Part shown: piece after piece, positions 60,512-64,000 of the stretch
Layout of the letters: every line of letters begins with the position of its first letter
Position numbering within the stretch: position 1 is the stretch's first letter
NCBI GenBank assembly: GCA_030390025.1
Contig: JASTWF010000244.1
Span: forward strand, 1-64,000
Length of the DNA stretch: 64,000 bases
Reading direction: 5' to 3'
Source: Squalus acanthias
Lineage: Eukaryota
The notes under the pieces: generated by a model
What the model was told of the DNA's origin: nothing
Databases searched by the model: none
What the model saw: the letters and a program-made list of their open reading frames with translations, nothing else
Translations under genes and position numbers: made by a program

Positions 60512-61540
60512 GTAAGTAACCAAGTTCTGACCAGAGTATGACTATTACTATTTTTTTCTGAACATTTCTTATAAAAACATAACTTGCTGTGGCAGGGCAT
60601 CGAACGGCATCTGCTGTTAGTTAGATTTGCCCTTGTATTATTTAGGTTTTTAAATTTTTGGCGTGGCAAATTGCTGGAAGTGCGAGCTGATAACATCACA
60701 GCGAGGGAAACCAGGGCCTGAATTTTCCCAGTTCCGAGTGTGCGGGTTTGGGGGTGGGTCAGCAGTAAAAATCGCCGAAAAAATAATTTTTAAAAATTAT
60801 TTAAACATGAAAAAACTTTAAAATTAGTTATAGGTTATTTTTAGCCCGTTAAAATGTTTACACTTATTTTTCAAAAAATTAAATTGTTTTAGTTGTTTAA
60901 TTTAATTGTATTTTAATTAATTTTGAACATGTAATGATTTTATTTTTATTTAACTGTTGTGTAATTGTGTTTTTTAGGGGATTTCATACGTAAATGGAAT
61001 CCCCACAGGATAATGGGGTCCCCCTGTTTGATTGGTTGGCCTGGCCTACGTGATCCCAGGGACACTTGCGAACCGCATGCACCCTGGGATACGTGGCCCT
61101 TTACGAATGTATGAATGGGGATCACTCAAAAAACACACTAAAACATTAAATACATTTTTTTTTTAATTCACGTTTTCAAAATGAGTTAAAATTACATTAA
61201 ATTAAATATTTTAAACAAAAATTAAATTTTTTGGAAAAAAAAAGTTTTTTACTGAGCTAAAAATAAACTTACCTTTTTTAAAAGTATTTTAAAATTATAA
61301 ATGAGTGTATTTTTTTTTACTTCTTTAAACTCTTTTGCTGGTAAAAGCAGGTCTTACGCCTGCTTTTACCAGGCGTAAGATTTTTCAAGGTTTTCCGCAG
61401 GCGGAGGTTCTGCAGAAAGCAGAGATGTTAAATCATGAACATCTGCACTTAATCATTAATGTTCATGCTATGTGATTCTGTTCTTTTTTGTTAACTTGTG
61501 TATTTGTGCGTATGAAGTGACATTCATGTGGTTAATAGTG

Positions 61541-64000
61541 CACTATGTGGGAAATCAGGGACACTTCCTGTGTCCCTGACGACCATGTGTGCGGGAAGTA
61601 TATCCAGCTGCAGCTACTGGCAGACCGCATTGCGGCGCTGGAGCTGCGAATGGATGCATACTGGAGTATTCGCGATGCTGAGGACGTCGTGGATAGCACG
61701 TTTAATGAGTTGGTCACACCGCAGGTAAAGGCTGCACAGGCAGGAAGGGAATGGGTGACCGCCAGGCAGAGTAGTAGTCGCAGGTAGGTCGTGCAGGGGT
61801 CCCCTGTGGCCATCCCCCTCTCAAACAGATATACCGCTTTGGATATTGTTGAGGGAGATGGCTTATCGGGGGAAGGCAGCAGCAGCCAACTTCCTGGCAC
61901 CATGGGTGGTTCTGCTGCACAGGACGGGAGGAGAAGGAGCGGGAGAGCTATAGTGATAGAGGATTCTATTGTAAGGGGAATAGATAGGCGTTTCTGCGGC
62001 CGCAAACGAGACTCCAGGATGGTATGTTGCCTCCCTGGTGCAAGGGTCAAGGATGTCTCGGAGCAGCTGCAGGGCATTCTGGAGGGGGAGGGTGAACAGC
62101 CAGTTGTCGTGGTGCATATAGGTACCAACGATATAGGTAAAAAACGGGATGAGGTCCTAAAAGCTGAATATAGGGAGTTAGGGGGTAAATTAAAAAAATA
62201 GGACCTCAAATGTAGTAATCTCAGGATTGCTACCAGTCCCACGTGCTAGTCAGAGTAGAAATAGAAGGATATTTCAGATGAATACGTGGCTAGAGGAATG
62301 GTGCAAGGGGGAGGGATTCAAATTCCTGGGACATTGGAACCGGTTCTGGGGGGAGGTGGGACCAGTACAAACTGGACGGTTTGCACCTGGGCAGGACTGG
62401 GACCGATGTCCTAGGGGGGAGTGTTTGCTGGTGCTGTTGGGGAGGGTTTAAACTAAAATGGCAGGGGGTTGGGAACCTGTGCAGGGAGACAGAGGAAAGG
62501 GAAGCAAGGAGAGAAGCAAAAGACAGGAAGGAGAAAAGCAAAAGTGGAAGTCAGAGAAATCAAGGGAGTAAATCAAACATGGCCACAGTAAACAATAATT
62601 CTAAAAGGTCTAAGAGTGTTAAAAAAAACAAGCCTGAAGGCTTTGTGTCTTAATGCAAGGAGCATTCGTAATAAGGTGGATGAATTAGCTGCGTAAATAG
62701 ATGTAAACGGATAAGATATAATTGGGATTACGGAGACATGGCTCCAGGGTGACCAAGGCTGGGAATTCAACATCCAGGGGTATTCAATATTCAGGAAGGA
62801 CAGGCAAAAAGGAAAAGGAGGTGGGGTAGCATTGCTGGTTAAAGAGGAGATTAACACAATAGTAAGGAAGGATATTAGCTCTATCAGCGAGTGCGAGTCA
62901 GCAGAGAGTGCTGAGTTTGGGTAAGTGTGAGAGTTCTTTAATTGTTAGTTCTCTTTAAATCATTCTTGATAAGAGTACTTAAGCAGTTTATGTGAAGGGG
63001 AAAAGTTAAATATTTGGGATTCTGTTGGTTTAAGAAGAGTAAAACAAGGTTACACTGCAGTAGGAGTAAATTGGCACAGCAGGCAGTGGAAACCAGTTTT
63101 CTAATCAATCAGCAGGGGTGACTCATTTGGCTGTAAACAAACAAACAGTATAAAAAGACCAGTGCTAGTGCGAGTCAGCAGAGAGTGCTGAGTTTGGGTA
63201 AGTGTGAGTTTGGGTGAGTGGGGTGTAGGGTGCTCTTTTCAAACTTTAACTCTGTGGGTTGTAGTTAATAAGGCCTTTCTGGTGTAGAGTGACTGTTGGT
63301 AAACCATTTAACTGGTGTAATTTAGAGGGATTGATTTAATTTAAATCCAATTAATTAGAGGGGATACTAGCATCTATAATCGGGCAGAGAGTGTCCATAA
63401 CGCACAATAAATTTTTTTAATTAATTACATAGAATGGAGCAGGTGATGTTACTGTTGCGAGATGTGGGAGCCGGTGGACCCCACTGAGGCTTACGGTGAT
63501 TACATCTGTGACAAGTGTCTGCTGCTACAGGAACTCCAGCTCCGTGTTGATGAGCTTCAGACACTGTGACACATCAGGGAGGGGGAGAAGTACCTGGACT
63601 CTGTGTTTCAGGAGGTGGTCACACCTATGAAGTTAATTAATTCAGATGTAGCCCATGGTCAGGGACAGGACGGTGTGACTACGAGTGAAGCAAGTACGGG
63701 GATCCAGGAGGTAGCTCTTGTCCAACAGGTTCGAGGTTCTTACTCCCTGTGGGGACAGGAGCAGGGCCTGCAGGGAGGATGAGCAACCTGGCCACAGCAC
63801 CGTGGAACGGGGGGCCATTCAAGAGGGGGGAGTAAATAGAAATGTTGTAGTGGTAGGGGATAGTATTATTAGGGGGATAGATAGAGTTCTCTGCAGCCGA
63901 GAGCGAGAGTCCCGTAGGCTGTGTTGCCTGCCCGGTGCCAGGGTTAAGGACATCTCCTCTGGGCTGGAAAGAAACTTGCAGTGGGAGGGGGTGGATCCAG
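61541..64000 (+). mobile_element. Duplicated CR1-A 5' part with nested CR1-B 5' end (continues beyond window)
   Basis: Near-identical to 46081-48578, including both insertion junctions, so it was copied by segmental duplication. Confidence 0.9.

Larger units (their letters stand above)
37980..64000 (+). repeat. Tandem array of the A-B-C exon cassette (units start ~37980, 41002, 45631, 61107)
   Basis: The same junction (GG)CCTTTACGA|ATGTATGAATGGGGATCAC recurs; introns and exons are colinear. Confidence 0.9.

Overview
Repeat-rich vertebrate DNA; the HE1-like SINE and the CR1/L2 LINE types suggest a shark or other cartilaginous fish (inference). One host gene runs on the + strand, built from phase 1-1 exons. 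It has a B7-H6/NCR3LG1-like V-set Ig exon (13245-13586), a C1-set exon present twice (17350-17670, 27755-28075) and a transmembrane exon (36703-36813). After the TM exon come further C1-set Ig exons (A, B, C) in a tandemly amplifying and decaying array that continues past the window end. Spliced in order, these domains would be cytoplasmic, which is a very unusual architecture. No leader exon or terminal exon was found. The introns carry three copies of one Gypsy LTR family (two with intact 1318-aa gag-pol). The family has no tRNA PBS but a Tf1-like self-priming complement, and its RT motif is YLDN. Also present: nested CR1 LINEs, one flanked by a ~3-kb direct duplication that copied the C1 exon, a 1.6-kb solo-LTR-like insert in an Ig exon, Harbinger remnants, MITEs, SINEs and a 20-bp minisatellite.
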